From the NCBI RefSeq assembly GCF_009914755.1, contig NC_060937.1: DNA of 64,000 nucleotides; one strand, 5' to 3'. A model generated the notes under the pieces. That model worked only from the letters and a program-made list of their open reading frames with translations. It ran no database searches and was not told the origin of the DNA. Shown in pieces: positions 43,281-56,721 of this stretch. The position numbers were made by a program, and so were the translations under genes. Positions within the stretch are counted from its first letter, which is position 1. Each line of letters starts with the position of its first letter. Origin of the DNA: the human T2T-CHM13v2.0 reference genome, Homo sapiens.

Positions 43281-44714
43281 AGCATCAACCATACCAACAG
43301 CATCAACTATACCAACAGCATCAACCAAACTGACAACATCAACCATACCAACATCATCAACCATACCAACAACATCAGCCATACCAACAGCATCAACTAT
43401 ACTAAAAACATCAACCATACCAACACCAACTGCATCAACCATACCAACAACATCAACCATACCAACATCAACCAAACCAACACCAACAGCATCAAACATA
43501 CTAACAGCATCAACCATACCAACAGCATCAACCAAACCAACACCAACAGCATCAACCATACCAACAACATCAACCATACTAACAGCATCAACCATACCAA
43601 CACCAACAGCATCAACCATACCAACACCAACAGCATCACATACCAACATCATCAACCATACCAACAACATCAGCCATACTAACAGCATCAACTATACCAA
43701 CAACATCAACCATACCAACACCAACAGCATCAACCATACCAACACCAACAGCATCAACCATACCAACACCAACAACATCAACCATACCAGCATCATCAAC
43801 CATACCAACACCAACAGCATCAACCATACCAATACCAACAGCATCGACCTTACCAACACCAACAGCATCAACCATACCAACATCATCAACCATACCAACA
43901 ACATCAACCATACCAACAACATCAACCAAACCAACACCAACAGCATCAAACATACTAACAGCATCAACCATACCAACAGCATCAACCAAACCAACACCAA
44001 CAGCATCAACCATACCAACAACATCAACCATACTAACAGCATCAACCATACCAACACCAACAGCATCAACCATACCAACACCAACAGCATCAACCATACC
44101 AACACCAACAGCATCACATACCAACATCATCAACCATACCAACAACATCAGCCATACTAACAGCATCAACTATACCAACAACATCAACCATACCAACACC
44201 AACAGCATCAACCATACCAACACCAACAGCATCAACCATACCAACACCAACAGCATCAACCATACCAACACCATCAACCATACCAACACCAACAGCATCA
44301 ACCATACCAATACCAACAGCATCGACCTTACCAACACCAACAGCATCAACCATACCAATACCAACAGCATCGACCTTACCAACACCAACAGCATCAACCA
44401 TACCAACATCATCAACCATACCAACAACATCAGCCATACCAACAGCATCAACTATACCAACAACCTCAACCATACCAACAGCATCAACCATACCAACAAC
44501 ATCAGCCATACCAACACCAACAGCATCAACCATACCAAAAACATCAGCCATACTAACAGCATCAACTATACCAACAGCATCAACCATACCAACACCAACA
44601 TCATCAACCATACCAACAGCATCAACCATACCAACAGCATCAACCATACTAACAGCATCAACCATACCAACAGCATCAACCATACTAACAGCATCAACTA
44701 TACCAACAGCATCA
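43281..44714. repeat. 1.43-kb A/C-rich VNTR of 18/24-bp units with higher-order structure
   Basis: accataccaac(accaac)agcatca repeated; strong strand asymmetry. Confidence 0.97.
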
Positions 44715-45437
44715 GTGTACTTTGTGTCCATTAACTGATGTAATTTTACCACCACTGCATCAGAAAGTCCAAATATAATTTTATTTTACAGATGCAGAAT
44801 TTGGCACATAGACAATTACAATAGATCAGAGTACCAATATTGGCACGTCAATAATGCTGTAGGATTACAGCAAGTATTCATTGAATTCTTTCCATGCCTA
44901 GAGCTGTGGGTAACACTGGGAGCACAAACACTGACTTTTTAATGACATATTTCACGACAGCAAGAGGTTATTTTAACATCATATGCCAAAATCCAAATAA
45001 AATTTATTTTGTAATGTTTATGTTTTAAAAATCATTTTTCAAAAACCTGACATTTTATTTTTAAGGGATAAAAATATTGCTAATTGCCTTTATATTGATC
45101 TGTGGTTTCTGAAAAAAAAAATGGCATGTGTAATTGTCCCATAAAAGCATTTTAAAAGAAATGACAACATGTAAATTAAAATCTATCCCCTGAGGACATC
45201 AGCAGAAGCAATAAATTGATAGTGATGAATTTTGTTTCTCTCATCTCAAGTTTCTAGGGATATTTTTCATGCTATATCAATGATAATGAAAAAAAAGAAA
45301 ATTAACATTTCAGGTTATAAAAATTATTTTCCTGAGAGTCAGGGCCACAATGTGAGTGTTTATTTTTACATAACTGTTTAGGCGTATGGTGGGGAGGTGG
45401 GATTAGGTAGCAATAAACATACAGAAAAGAACCTTAT

Positions 45438-45655
45438 CAGCACTTTCCAACATGGTAGCCACTAGCCACATGTGGCTTTTTAAATTTAAATTTGAATTTA
45501 ACTTATTCAAAATCAAATACAATTAAAAACTCAATTCTTCTTCCTCACTGGCCACGTTTCAGGTGCTCAACAGCCCTGTGTGGTTGGCGGCCACCGTCGT
45601 GCACGGGGTAGATGTACGGCGTTTCTGTCGTCACATAAAGGCCTCTCGACAGAGC
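45438..45655 (-). mobile_element. MER3 hAT MITE
   Basis: ggtagccactagccacatgtggct..ttaaatttaaa...ggccacgtttcaggtgctcaacagcc. Confidence 0.85.
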
Positions 45656-46276
45656 CGTCCTGGGTACAACACCATCCTGGCTACAGAGCCGTCCCAGATA
45701 CAGAGCCATCCCGGACACAGAGGTGTCCCGGGTACAGCGCCATCGCGGATACAGAGTCATCCCGGGCACAGAGCCTTCCTGGGTACAGAACTGTCCTGGG
45801 TACAGCACCATTCCGGGTACAGAGCCGTCCCGGGTACAGAGCCATCCCTCATACAGAGCTGTCCCAGACACAGAGGCATCCCGGGTACAGAGCCGTCCCG
45901 CGTACAGAGCCGTCCCGGATACAGAGCCGTCCTGGGTACAGAGCTGTCCTGGGTACAGAGCCTTCATGGGTACAGAACTGTCCTGGATACAGAGCCGTCC
46001 CGGGTACAACACCGTCCTGCGTACAGAGCCGTCCCGGATACAGAGCCGTCCTGGGTACAGAGCCTTCACGGGTACAGAACTGTCCTGGACACAGAGCCGT
46101 CCCAGGTACAGAGCCGTCCCGGGTACAGAGCCGTCCCGGGTACAACACCATCCTGCGTACAGAGCCGTCCTGGATACAGAGCCATCCCGGATACAGAGCC
46201 GTCCTGGGTACAGAGCCTTCATGGGTACAGGACTATCCTGGATACAGCGCCATTCGGGGTACAGAGCCATCCTGGG
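45649..46276. repeat. CpG-rich VNTR, 17-bp unit, about 37 copies
   Basis: tacagagccgtcccggg variants in tandem. Confidence 0.97.
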
Positions 46277-47231
46277 TGGGTCTCCGTGCTTTCAGTTGTC
46301 ATCGGGCAGCAGCATCAGGTCTGGAACGCATCTCTGGCCCTTCATCTAGCCAGCCATTGTGTGTCAGAAGCATCCTCTTGTGTCAAATGCCATTTTTGAG
46401 ATTATAAACATTGTGTCAGGTTTGATGCCTTCAGAGAAAATTACTCAGACTTTATATAAATATGTGTTCAAATATGGTTTTGAGAAGTTCGCTGACTCAG
46501 ACCCCGCGAACTGTTAGGAGGTCCCTAAGACCCTGCAGCTGTGTCCCAGGGTACAAGGGTGGCCCCACACAGTGTCTGTGGGGCGGAGCTGGACGGATCC
46601 CATCTCCACGTGTCTCCTTCTCCAGCTCTAGTGTGACAACTGACTTAGGAACCAAACACCACTGCCATGCAGATGAGTCAAAACCCATGGGCTCCGCAAA
46701 GATTCCACAGGTTCTGGGTGGACATGGTATGGCCTTGCTAAAACAGGACATGGAACCAAAAGCAGGAGTCCCTTCCTTTAGGAAATGCCAGGGTCAGAAC
46801 AAATAAGCTGACCTGGAATCGCTGCCCAGTAAGAAAGGAAGATCTGTTTCAGCCAACAGCTGCCCACCTCCCTTCTGGACCTAAAAGTCCTCTGTTGAAG
46901 CTGTCAGGCCTCAGAGTCAGGGCGCGTTGGCATCTCCCGGGGCATTTACCTGCACTGCCAAGGGAGTGATTCGTGAGTACTAAGAGGAGGTGCCCGCTCT
47001 CGCCGCGGGGTCCAGACCATTTCCGATGGATGGGGCGGAGGTTGCCTGCACTTCCTAGTGCTGTCTGCGGTCAGGCTTCCAGCTGCAGCAAGCCCCGGTG
47101 GGACCCACAGCCTTGAATTACGAAAATCACAGGCGCAGGACGCAGCCTCCATGCTGCAGAATGGGCACATGCTTTGTGCAGTGGTGACTTTCACACCAGA
47201 CTGCGTGTGTGCCCTGTGTGGGTGTTCCTGG

Positions 47232-47320
47232 AGTGTGCCACGGGCCGTGTACCCTGCGTGGGTGTGCACAGGGTGTGCCACGGGCTGCGTGCCCCGCGTG
47301 GGTGTGCACGGGGTGTGCTG
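47232..47320. repeat. Short tandem duplication, about 40 bp x2.2
   Basis: gtgtgccacggg...cgtgggtgtgcacRgg repeated. Confidence 0.8.
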
Positions 47321-48514
47321 CCTGCACGCAGCTGCTGGCTGCTACCATTCTGCTCTTGTTTTGTTCCTTACAACCTCTTTGCACTGAAACCCAGATGCAA
47401 GTGAAATGGTCACAAAAGAAGTATCTGGGTTAAATGCGTGCTAAACAGGTTTAAAATTACAGCTCATTGTTTGGAAGCAGATGCAAGCCTCAAACAAATG
47501 CAAAACATCAATGCAGATGCAAACGGGAGGGCAATTTGAAAATTCAATCCTAAGTGCCTGATACTGTCAGGGGCGAACTGGGCTGGCTTCCCTGGGGGCC
47601 TTCGGCCGGAAGGGCCGGCCCCAGGAAGGACAGTGAGGGAGCCGTCTGCTCAGTGAGGGAGGGGTTGATAAGAGCAAAATCCACACCGCTCTTTGGCTTC
47701 CTTACAGTTCTCTAATTTCTCAAACAGCGTTAATGATATTTCTGATATCTTGGGAATGCCAAGAATAAAATGAGCTTCAAGCACATTCCTGTGATTTCCT
47801 TTGTGAGTAACTTTACGAGGGTGCCCAGAAGGGTTTTCTTTCTCCATATACCCAGAAGCTTCCATGCTTTCAGCAAGGAATGACCCACATTTAATCTTGG
47901 GTTGGGTTCATACACATTTCCTCTTTGTTTCCTCCCTGGATATGTTTTGCACGCCAGTGTTGCTCGCATGATTCGCAAGTCCCTAATAACAGGCTCATAT
48001 TTATGCAGTCGGCCCTCAAGCCTGGCTTCATACGCAAATGCATGGGACATAATACCTGTATTTTATGATGACAACACCGATTATAGAACCTGGATCTGCT
48101 GTCCTGGAGTATTCCTGGCAAGTTCTCTGTTTTATAACTGCCCTATGGAGGCAGGGATCTAATGTTGATTGTTACGCGTTTGGCATTTTAATAAGCACTT
48201 GACTCTTGTCTCTAGGGGGTAGATATTGTTCCTTTTACTGACCAGTTAGGGCGGTGCAACTTGAGACAGGAAGCAGCTTGCCCAGGGGACACTGAGTGGG
48301 AAGCAGAGCCCCTCCCCTTCACCCAACCCAAACCCAGATCTGAGGCGGTCGCATCACACTGATGGCTCTGCCCACCTGGAAGGAAAGGGTTCACACCACA
48401 CCATCGGCAACTCATTCTTTTTTGTTTTCAGTGTTTTAGTGTCAAGTCAATATTTGAAAAAAATAGAAGAGGTCATGTTTTACTTTTGCTATGTGACTTT
48501 TGATTAATCGAATG

Positions 48515-49928
48515 CTTTCTTTTTTATTTTTTAATTTTTTAATTGACAAAATTGCATATATTGTATACAACATGTTGTTTTGAAATATACATATATTGTG
48601 AAATGTTTAAATAGACTAATTATATGCATGGTCTCACATACCATTTTGTGTAGGAGAACACTTAAAATCTACTCTTAGTAATTTTCAAGAATATAATACA
48701 TTGTTACTAACAATGTAGTCACCACCGTTGTACGATAGATCTCTTGAACTTGTTCTTCCTGTCTAGCTGAAAGTTTGTACCCTTTGACTAACATCTCTCC
48801 AGCACCTCACCCCCCTACCCACCGCCCCACCCCACAATCCCTCCACCCCAGTCCCTGGTAACCACCATTCTATCCTCTGCTTCTGTGACTTCAACTCTTT
48901 TAGCTCTTTTAGCTTCAACAAGTGAGATTGTGCAGTATTGGTATTTGTGCAGTTGGCTTATTTCACTTAATATAATGTCCTTCTGGTTCATCCATGCTGT
49001 CTCAAGTGAGAGGATCTCCTTCTTTAAGTCTGAATAATATTCCATTGTGTATGTGCCACATTTTCTTTATCCATTCATCCCTTGAAGGACACATAGGTTG
49101 ATTCTATATTGGCTATATTGGCACTATTCAAGTGCTGCAGGGAATGTGGGGGTGCAGACAGCTCTTAGACTTACTGACTCCAATTCCTGTGGGTATATGC
49201 CTGCCTTTGGGACTGCTGAATCATATTGTGGTTGTATTTTTAGTTTTTGAGGAATCTCCATACTGTTCTCCATCATGGCTGTAGTAATTTACATTCCCAC
49301 CGACAGGGTACAAGAGTCCCCTTTTCTCTGCATCCTCACCAAAACTTGTTATCTTTCGTCTTTGACAATGGCATTCTAACAGGTGGGAGGTGATGTGGCA
49401 TTGTGGTTTTAATGTACATTTCTCTGATGATAAGTGATTTTGAGCATTTTTCATATACCTGTTGGACATTTGTCTGTCGTCTTTTGAGAAATGTCTATTC
49501 AGCTCTTTTGATCACTTTCTAATTGGGCTATTTATTTTCTTACTGTTGAGTTGTTTGAAGTTCTTTCATATCTTGGTACTAGCCACTTATCAGATGTGTG
49601 GTTTGCAGGTACATTTCCCATCTGTAGGCTGTCTCTTCACTCTGCTGATTGTTTCCTTTGCCATGAAGAAGCTTTTTATTAATATTTTGATGAAATCTCG
49701 TTTGTCTTTGTTGAATTTGCTTCCTGTGCTTTTGGGGTCATATCCAAAAAATCGTTGCCCAGATTAATGTCATGGAGCTTTTTCCTCTAGGTTTTCTTTT
49801 AGTAGTTTCACAGCTTCAGATCTTATGTTGAAATGCTTCATCCATTCAAGTTGATATTTATATATGGTGTGAGGTAAGGATGCAATTTCATTCTTCTGCA
49901 TGTAGATATTCAGTTATCCCAACACCAT
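48515..49928 (-). mobile_element. L1MA-like 3' end (L1MA8/9-like)
   Basis: aacacttaaaatctactcttag, gaataatattccattgtgtat..ccacattttctttatccattcatc, tcttttgagaaatgtctattc. Confidence 0.9.
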
Positions 49929-50379
49929 GACATATATTCTTATTCCATGTAAGCTCTATAACTTTGCCATAACTTTGCCAAAAATACTGAAACTTAGCTC
50001 TCAGACCAATGGACTGCTTTAAATTATCTTCCCCTTTGCTACTTACTACAGTTTAATATAAAGAGAAATCTTAAAATACCTAAGTGCTGCTTAAAAACAT
50101 AAACCTCCCTACCATTTGTAGATTATTCATACATCTCCTCTTCTTGGGGAGATGGAGGGAAGAGGTGGGTTCTAGAAGGCATTCTTCCCCAGCTATCTTC
50201 TGCTAATAGCAGGCTCCTGATTATCAAGCTGGAAGTGGAAGGGGCTGTGATGCTGTCAAAACTTATAAACTATTAGCTTCTTAATGATAATATATACTAT
50301 CTGCTACTATTATACACAATAATATATACTAGTGAGTTTCCTATATATATTGACTATTTCACTTAACACCACACTACCA

Positions 50380-50500
50380 ACATTTTACTTATTCAATACC
50401 TATTTAAGATTCTACTGCATGCCAGGCACCCTTCTAGGTGCAGAACATACAGCCGTGAACTGTGTCCTGTTGTCTTAAAAGGGGAAGATGGACACTAGCG
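50380..50500 (-). mobile_element. L2 3' end fragment
   Basis: ttattcaatacctatttaagattctactgcatgccaggcacccttctaggtgc. Confidence 0.6.
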
Positions 50501-50574
50501 AATCAACAAGCATGAGGACAGTAGATGTACACACAGGTTTAGGCACCACTGGAAAATTCAAAATAATGTAAGGC

Positions 50575-50905
50575 TCACATTTTCTCTATGTGTGTGTATA
50601 TATATCACATTTTCTCTGTGTGTGTGTGTATATATATACACATATATATACATATATACGTATATACGTATATATGTATACATATATGTATATATACACA
50701 TATATACATATATACGTGTATATATACACATATATACATATATACGTGTATATATATACACATATATTCATGTATATATACACACATATATACACATATA
50801 TACATATATAAATATATACACATATATAATATATACACATATACACATATATACATATATATACACACACACATATGTACATCTACTTGTATGTATATGT
50901 ATATA
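50575..50905. repeat. Complex (TA/CA/TG)n microsatellite
   Basis: Alternating purine-pyrimidine run of about 330 bp. Confidence 0.97.
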
Positions 50906-50969
50906 CACTAGTATATATTATTGTGTATAATAGTAGCAGATATTATAGAGAGAGAGATGAGAGAGAGAG

Positions 50970-51085
50970 AGGTGGGATTTTGCTATGTTGCCCAGGTTGG
51001 TCTTGAATTCCTGACCTCAAGCAATCCTCTTGCTTCAGTCTCCTAAGTAGCTGGGACTATAGGTGTGATCCATCACACTGACTTC
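50970..51085 (-). mobile_element. Alu left monomer (FLAM-like)
   Basis: ttgctatgttgcccaggttggtcttgaattcctgacctcaagcaatcctc. Confidence 0.85.
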
Positions 51086-51394
51086 ACACTATATTTTTAA
51101 ACGTATGGCCTTGATCTCAAGAGGCAACAGTGCTTTTCCATTTCTATTTAACTACAAAGACTCCCAAAGTACTGCTCTTTGTACTGACCAGTTAGGGCAG
51201 TGCAACTTGAGACAGGAAGCAACTTGCCCAGGGGACCCTGAGTGGGAAGCCTGGCCTCGCCCTACTGGCTCTGACCTGGTGTTTGCCCATCACTGTATCC
51301 ATGAAACAAGTCAGCCTTCCCGACATCGACTGGCTTTAAAAAAGCATCTGATAAAAATATGGTTACTTTTATTACCAAGAAAAATGTTAAAATA

Positions 51395-51683
51395 GGCTGG
51401 GCATGGTGGCTCATGCCTGTTACGCTAGTACTTTGGGAGGCTAAGGCAGGCAGATTGCTTGAGCTCAGGAGTTCAAGACCAGCCTGGACAACATGGAAAA
51501 ATCCCATCTCCACAAAAAATTAGCCAGGCATAGGGGCCTATAGTCCCAGCTACATGAGGAGCTAAGACAGGAGGATCGCTTGAGCCTGGGAGGTCAAGGC
51601 TGCAGTGAGCCAAAATCATGCCCCTGCACGCCAGCGTGGGTGACAAAGAGAGACCCTGTTTCAAAAGAAAAAAAGAAAAAGAG
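51395..51683 (+). mobile_element. AluJ
   Basis: Dimer with gaggtcaaggctgcagtgagc; TSD aaatgttaaaata. Confidence 0.93.
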
Positions 51684-52326
51684 AAATGTTAAAATACGTA
51701 TGGACATAAAACTGTGTATCCTATGAAAAGCACATTTTGTACTGTAGCCTGAGTGAATATGTTACCCCTATGCTGAGTGCTGTCGTAACTTGCTTCCAAA
51801 TGCTGAGCTTTTATTGTTTCAGTGTTCTTCTTCACAAAATTACCTCAGCTTTCTATGTGCTTAGTAACTGCTTTCTGGGCGAGTATTGCTTTGGGGTGCA
51901 TTACCATGTGCTAGGAACGAGGAGAAAGTGTACCCTTCCCCACCCTCCTGCCCTGTGGTGCCCGTGTCCAGTGAACCTGGGTAGGCCCCTAGGCAGGCGA
52001 GGGGAGTGTGGGTGCCCGGGAGGCTGGCCTCCGGCAACACTGTTCCCTCCCTAGGGTTGTCTCCAAGGGCTGTTCCAAGGGTGCATGAAAACATTCCAAT
52101 AGTTCTTGGAAGGAAAACAAATACATTCTACAAAATCTTTAAAAAAAACAATCTTTAAGGGATGCAGCCAGTCACTGCAGGATTCGCGCTGCCTCTGCTC
52201 TGCCACAACCACGAAACGTGTTTTCCTTCCGAGGAAAAACCCAAGGTGATTGGAAGTCAGCTTCACCCCATTCTTCTTGCCTTAATTTCAAGGCACCTTG
52301 AAGAAAAAAATAGACACCCTCCTCTC

Positions 52327-52771
52327 TGTGAAAGGAAAATCTTGGGGCACCAAATTACTAAGCCAAAGGAAAAAGTCCAGCTGGGAACTGTTCAGGGCAA
52401 ACCTGCCTTCCATTCTATTCAAAGTCATCCCTCTGCTCACTGAGATAGATGCATATCTGATTGTCTGCTTTGGAAAGGCTAATCAGAAACTCAAAAGAAT
52501 GTAACTGTTTGTCTCTCACCTTCCTGTGACCTGGAAGCCCCCTCCCTGCTTTGAGTTGTCCCCCCCTTTCCGGATGGAACCAATGTACTTCTTACATGTA
52601 TTGATTGCTGTCTCACGTCTCCCTAAAATGTATAAAATCAAGCTGTGCCCCGACCACCTTGCGCACCTGTCGTCAGGACTTTCTGAGACTGTGTCATAGG
52701 TGTATCCTCAACCTTGGCAAAATAAACTTCCTAAATTAACTGAGACCTGTCTCAGATTATCAGACTTTACA
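52327..52771 (+). mobile_element. ERV1 solo LTR (MER4A/MER4A1-like)
   Basis: TG...CA ends, tgtgaaaggaaaatcttgggg start, TATA-like tgtataaaa, AATAAA near the 3' end. Confidence 0.85.
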
Positions 52772-53299
52772 CCCCAAAATATCATTTATTTGTATGCAGA
52801 AGATCTCTAACTGGAGGCAAAGCATCCCTCTGTGTAACAGACACAGAAACAGCATTTGTGGGGTCAGATTACCATAAGACCAATCCCATTCCACTTTCAA
52901 TTTCCCAAACATTTACAGAGAGACTGCTAATTACCCTAGCACTGGTCGGCTAGTACATCTCCCCTTAAAAATAAAAGTATAACAGGATAAAAACATGGTT
53001 AAAAATTGGTTGAATTAATTGCTAAACATCTTTAACAATGTTGGAAGCACAGCCAATGTTGAAGAGAGGATTTGGTTTCCTGGTCTAAAAACCAATATTG
53101 ATTCTACTTGCCTGCACTTACCAAAGATATCTTTTCATGGAGAAACATTCCCATATGTGAAAACTTTTGGAAGCTAAAGTTCGTTAAATTCCATTGGACC
53201 CAGGTGGAGAGGGAGCACCTTCGGGCACCGGCACCAGGGGGTCTCCCTGACTTCGCTGCCTGCACCGGTACCTCCCTCTCCACTCTTGATCAAGACCAC

Positions 53300-53571
53300 A
53301 GTGTTGAGTCCCAGCACTTTGGGAAGCTGAGGCAGGAGGGTCATTAAGACCAGGAGTTTGAAAACCGCCTGGGCAAAAAAATTAGACCCTATCGCTACAA
53401 AAACAAAAAATTAGCCAGGCACAGTGGTGTGCACCTGTGATTCCAGCTCTATGGAGGCTGAGGCAGGAGGATTGACCTTGGGAGGTCGAGGCTGCAGTGA
53501 GCTGTGATCACACCACTGCACTCCAGCCTGGGTGATGGAGTAAGACCCTGTTTCAAAAAAAAAAGAAAAAA
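53300..53571 (+). mobile_element. AluJ
   Basis: tcccagcactttgggaagctgaggcagg...gaggtcgaggctgcagtgagc...A tail. Confidence 0.9.
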
Positions 53572-54138
53572 GGCCATGATGTTGGGCGTGTCCTCTGCAG
53601 GGAGGTTACTGCCCAGTGTGTTCTCCGTTGCCAAACAGGGCTGGCTCATGGTTCCTTTGGAAATGCTACGGCCCACAGGGCTCACGTGACCTCGAATGTA
53701 TTGCCCATGAAGCCACCGAGGATGGGCATGTGCTGCTGCTCCAGCTCAGGCCTTGGTGCAGACCACACTGCCCTTGAAGGGAAGGGCTGCTGGCTTCCGG
53801 GTAACAGTGCCAAGTCCGGGAGATGCTAAACTCATGGACTAGGGGACTGAGGAAGGCTTACCCCTGGGGGGCAGCTGCGTGTTTTCTCTCCCCCTGAAAC
53901 ACAACACAGGGAGGAACAGAAATTCCTGCTGTGACAAAAAAAAAAAAAGTACCTCAATAGGAAACGGGCTCCAAATCCAGTGAATTTGAAAGATACGAGA
54001 GTGTTCTCTTCATGGGACCCTAAAAACCAGTTTCTCCACACCTTGGATGTTTAAAATGCAAAGTTACCTGAAAAAAGCAACTTGCAGGGTAAAGCTGTGC
54101 TTTGAATTCAGAAGTGTGAGGTTCAGGACGATTTAGAG

Positions 54139-54505
54139 CAGGGGTCTCCAGTCCCTGGGTTCCCACCCGTGAGCTGTTAGGAACTGGGCCACGTGTCAGG
54201 AGGTGGGCGGTGGGCGAGCGAGTGAAGCTTCGTCTGTATTTACAGCTGCTCCCATCACTCTCATGACCACCTAAGCTCCGCCTCCTGTCAGATGAGCAGC
54301 AGCATTAGATTCTCACAGGAGTGCAAACCCTATTGTGAACAGCACATGGAGGGCTCTAGGTTGTGGGCTCCTTATGAGAATCTAATGCCTCATCCTCTGA
54401 GGTGGAACATCCCAACACCATCCCCCCACCACCCCACCCCCCATCTGTGGAGAAATTGTCTTCCACAAAATTGGTCCCTGGTGCCAAAAAGGTTGGGGGC
54501 TGCTG
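54139..54505 (+). mobile_element. MER1A/B hAT element
   Basis: Ends caggggtctcca / ttgggggctgctg; gcattagattctca..tgagaatctaatgc internal palindrome; 8-bp TSD atttagaR. Confidence 0.9.
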
Positions 54506-56398
54506 ATTTAGAATGTGGATGCGGTGACATCAACCCGCTGGCCTTCAGTCTGACAGCGTGGTGGAGCACCTGATGTAATCCACGTCTGCAGAGAAGACGG
54601 GGCACGCGTGGGTGTGAATTGCCCCCTCCCAGCAATTCACAGGCAATTCCAGGCGCGTCCTGGAGCGGGCTGGGGCTGTGGGCCTGATGTGTGGGCCTGC
54701 TGTGCCTCGGTTTCCTCACGGTGTGGAGGAGTGCCACTGTTTCTGTTTCTGGGGCTGGGCAGCCCTTTGCAACCCTCCAAAGCGACTCTTCCTGGTCGTG
54801 ACGGTCTAAACACTGGAAGAAAACCACTGGAAACATATTTCCTGTATTAGTGAAATTACAATTTTTCACAAAAGAGAGTTGGGCCCTCAGGGCCGTGAAG
54901 ACCATGTGACACTGTGCTGTTCTGCGTCCTATTAAATCCAAAAGGGGTCTTTTGTAAACCTTTCTCCTGTCGTCACCAGGGGAAACTGGAGCACGGTTAA
55001 ATTCGTGAGGCTGTTTGCTGTGTACACAATGCTAAGCAGAAAATTGAAACCCAGGATTACTGGAGAAGAGACATTGTAGCCAGCAGTACAGCTGCATTAT
55101 TTCTTCTTTATTAAGTCCAGACATGATAAAGAGCCCCGCTCCTCCCTGGGGTGTGGACAAGTGGATGTCTAGAACCCTTGCAGGCAACTATTATCTTGAT
55201 AAATAGCCTGGTGGACGCACAGCCTCCCGTGTCCCCGCCTCAGAGCGCGGGAGTGCAGGTCCCATCCCACAAACAGCACTTGAGCCGTCACGAACGAGGG
55301 CACACAATACATCCAGGTATTAGTCACACAACTCAGGTCTAAGGGAGAAAGGCTGAGACGCCACGAGAGGTTAATCAATAGCAACCCCACCTGGAAAACG
55401 TGTTTTCAAAAACATCTTCCCTTCCCACACTCCATTTTCCATTAGCAGAGAGCAGATGGAGCTCAGATGTCGGCCGTGTTGAACTTAGCCCAGGAAGGCG
55501 GTGGAGAGGGAGGATTTCTGGGAATCAGCAAGGTACAAGGCCTTCCATTTACATGTGGGTTCAGGCTGCAGGGAGCGCCCAGAGACTCCAACTTGCTCTG
55601 GGATGAAGGCCGTCTCTCCAGTCTCCTGTTCAGTGAGAAGCTCCTTCGGTTCCTGTAATTATCTTGTCCTTGAAATGGCCTCACTCTTGCTCCCAGGTGA
55701 AGCCATGGACAGCAGGCATGGGGGGTTAGTATCAGAGAGGGGGCATCGGCCTCCCCAGGGCTGGGATGAGTCAGGTAGACACAAGGACCCCACACAAATA
55801 GGTCAATGTCATCGAAGAAAAGCACCAGCTCGGCACAACTCACAGCTCAACAGCAAACCATCCCAAAGCCTCGGGCTCCTTATTCGACCACGGGAATAAA
55901 AACAGCGGCCTGGTGGGGGTGCCAAATGCTTCCATGGCTTTGTGGAGCTGTGTGGGCTGCAGCTGCTCATGGCTCCACTGCACCCCGTGTCAGACACTCG
56001 ACATCTAGCACGGTGGGGCGTGGGGATGGAGCAGCTTTGATGGAGAGGGGCCACAGAGACCATCTTGGCCAGAGGTTTCCTGTGTGGGTGACTCTGCCTC
56101 CTGCGGGCATTTGGGACTGGGGGTGGAGGGCATTTGGGACTGGCGGTGGACTAGGGCTCCTGGACACGGTGGATGGAATCAGGATGCTGAAGGGCCTGTG
56201 ATCTGGGGCCAACCCTGGCCAAAATGCCAGCTGAGCAAACCAGGAGCAAACCTCTGTATTTTACATGGGAGAAACTGAGGCTCAGGGAAGTACAGTGAAG
56301 ATCCAGAAAGAGAGCAGCTTTGGAGAGCGGACGGAGGGCACGAGGGCACCCAGATGGAGAGGGGCTGGGGCTCACACCCTGCAAACGCAGGGTCCTGA

Positions 56399-56721
<323 letters not shown>

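Larger units (their letters stand above)
48236..51250. repeat. Dispersed direct repeat, 69 bp x2 (48236-48304 and 51182-51250)
   Basis: tactgaccagttagggcRgtgcaacttgagacaggaagcaRcttgcccaggggacMctgagtgggaagc; 3 mismatches. Confidence 0.95.

Noticed and set aside
43174-44160. 328-aa Thr/Ser/Asn-rich ORF as a mucin gene
   Set aside because: It lies almost entirely in a VNTR, changes repeat frame at a small deletion, and has no signal peptide or exon context.
45545-46407. 200-278-aa ORFs on both strands
   Set aside because: They are by-products of a stop-free 17-bp tandem repeat.
50558-50930. Tyr/Ile/His-rich ORFs
   Set aside because: Microsatellite translations.
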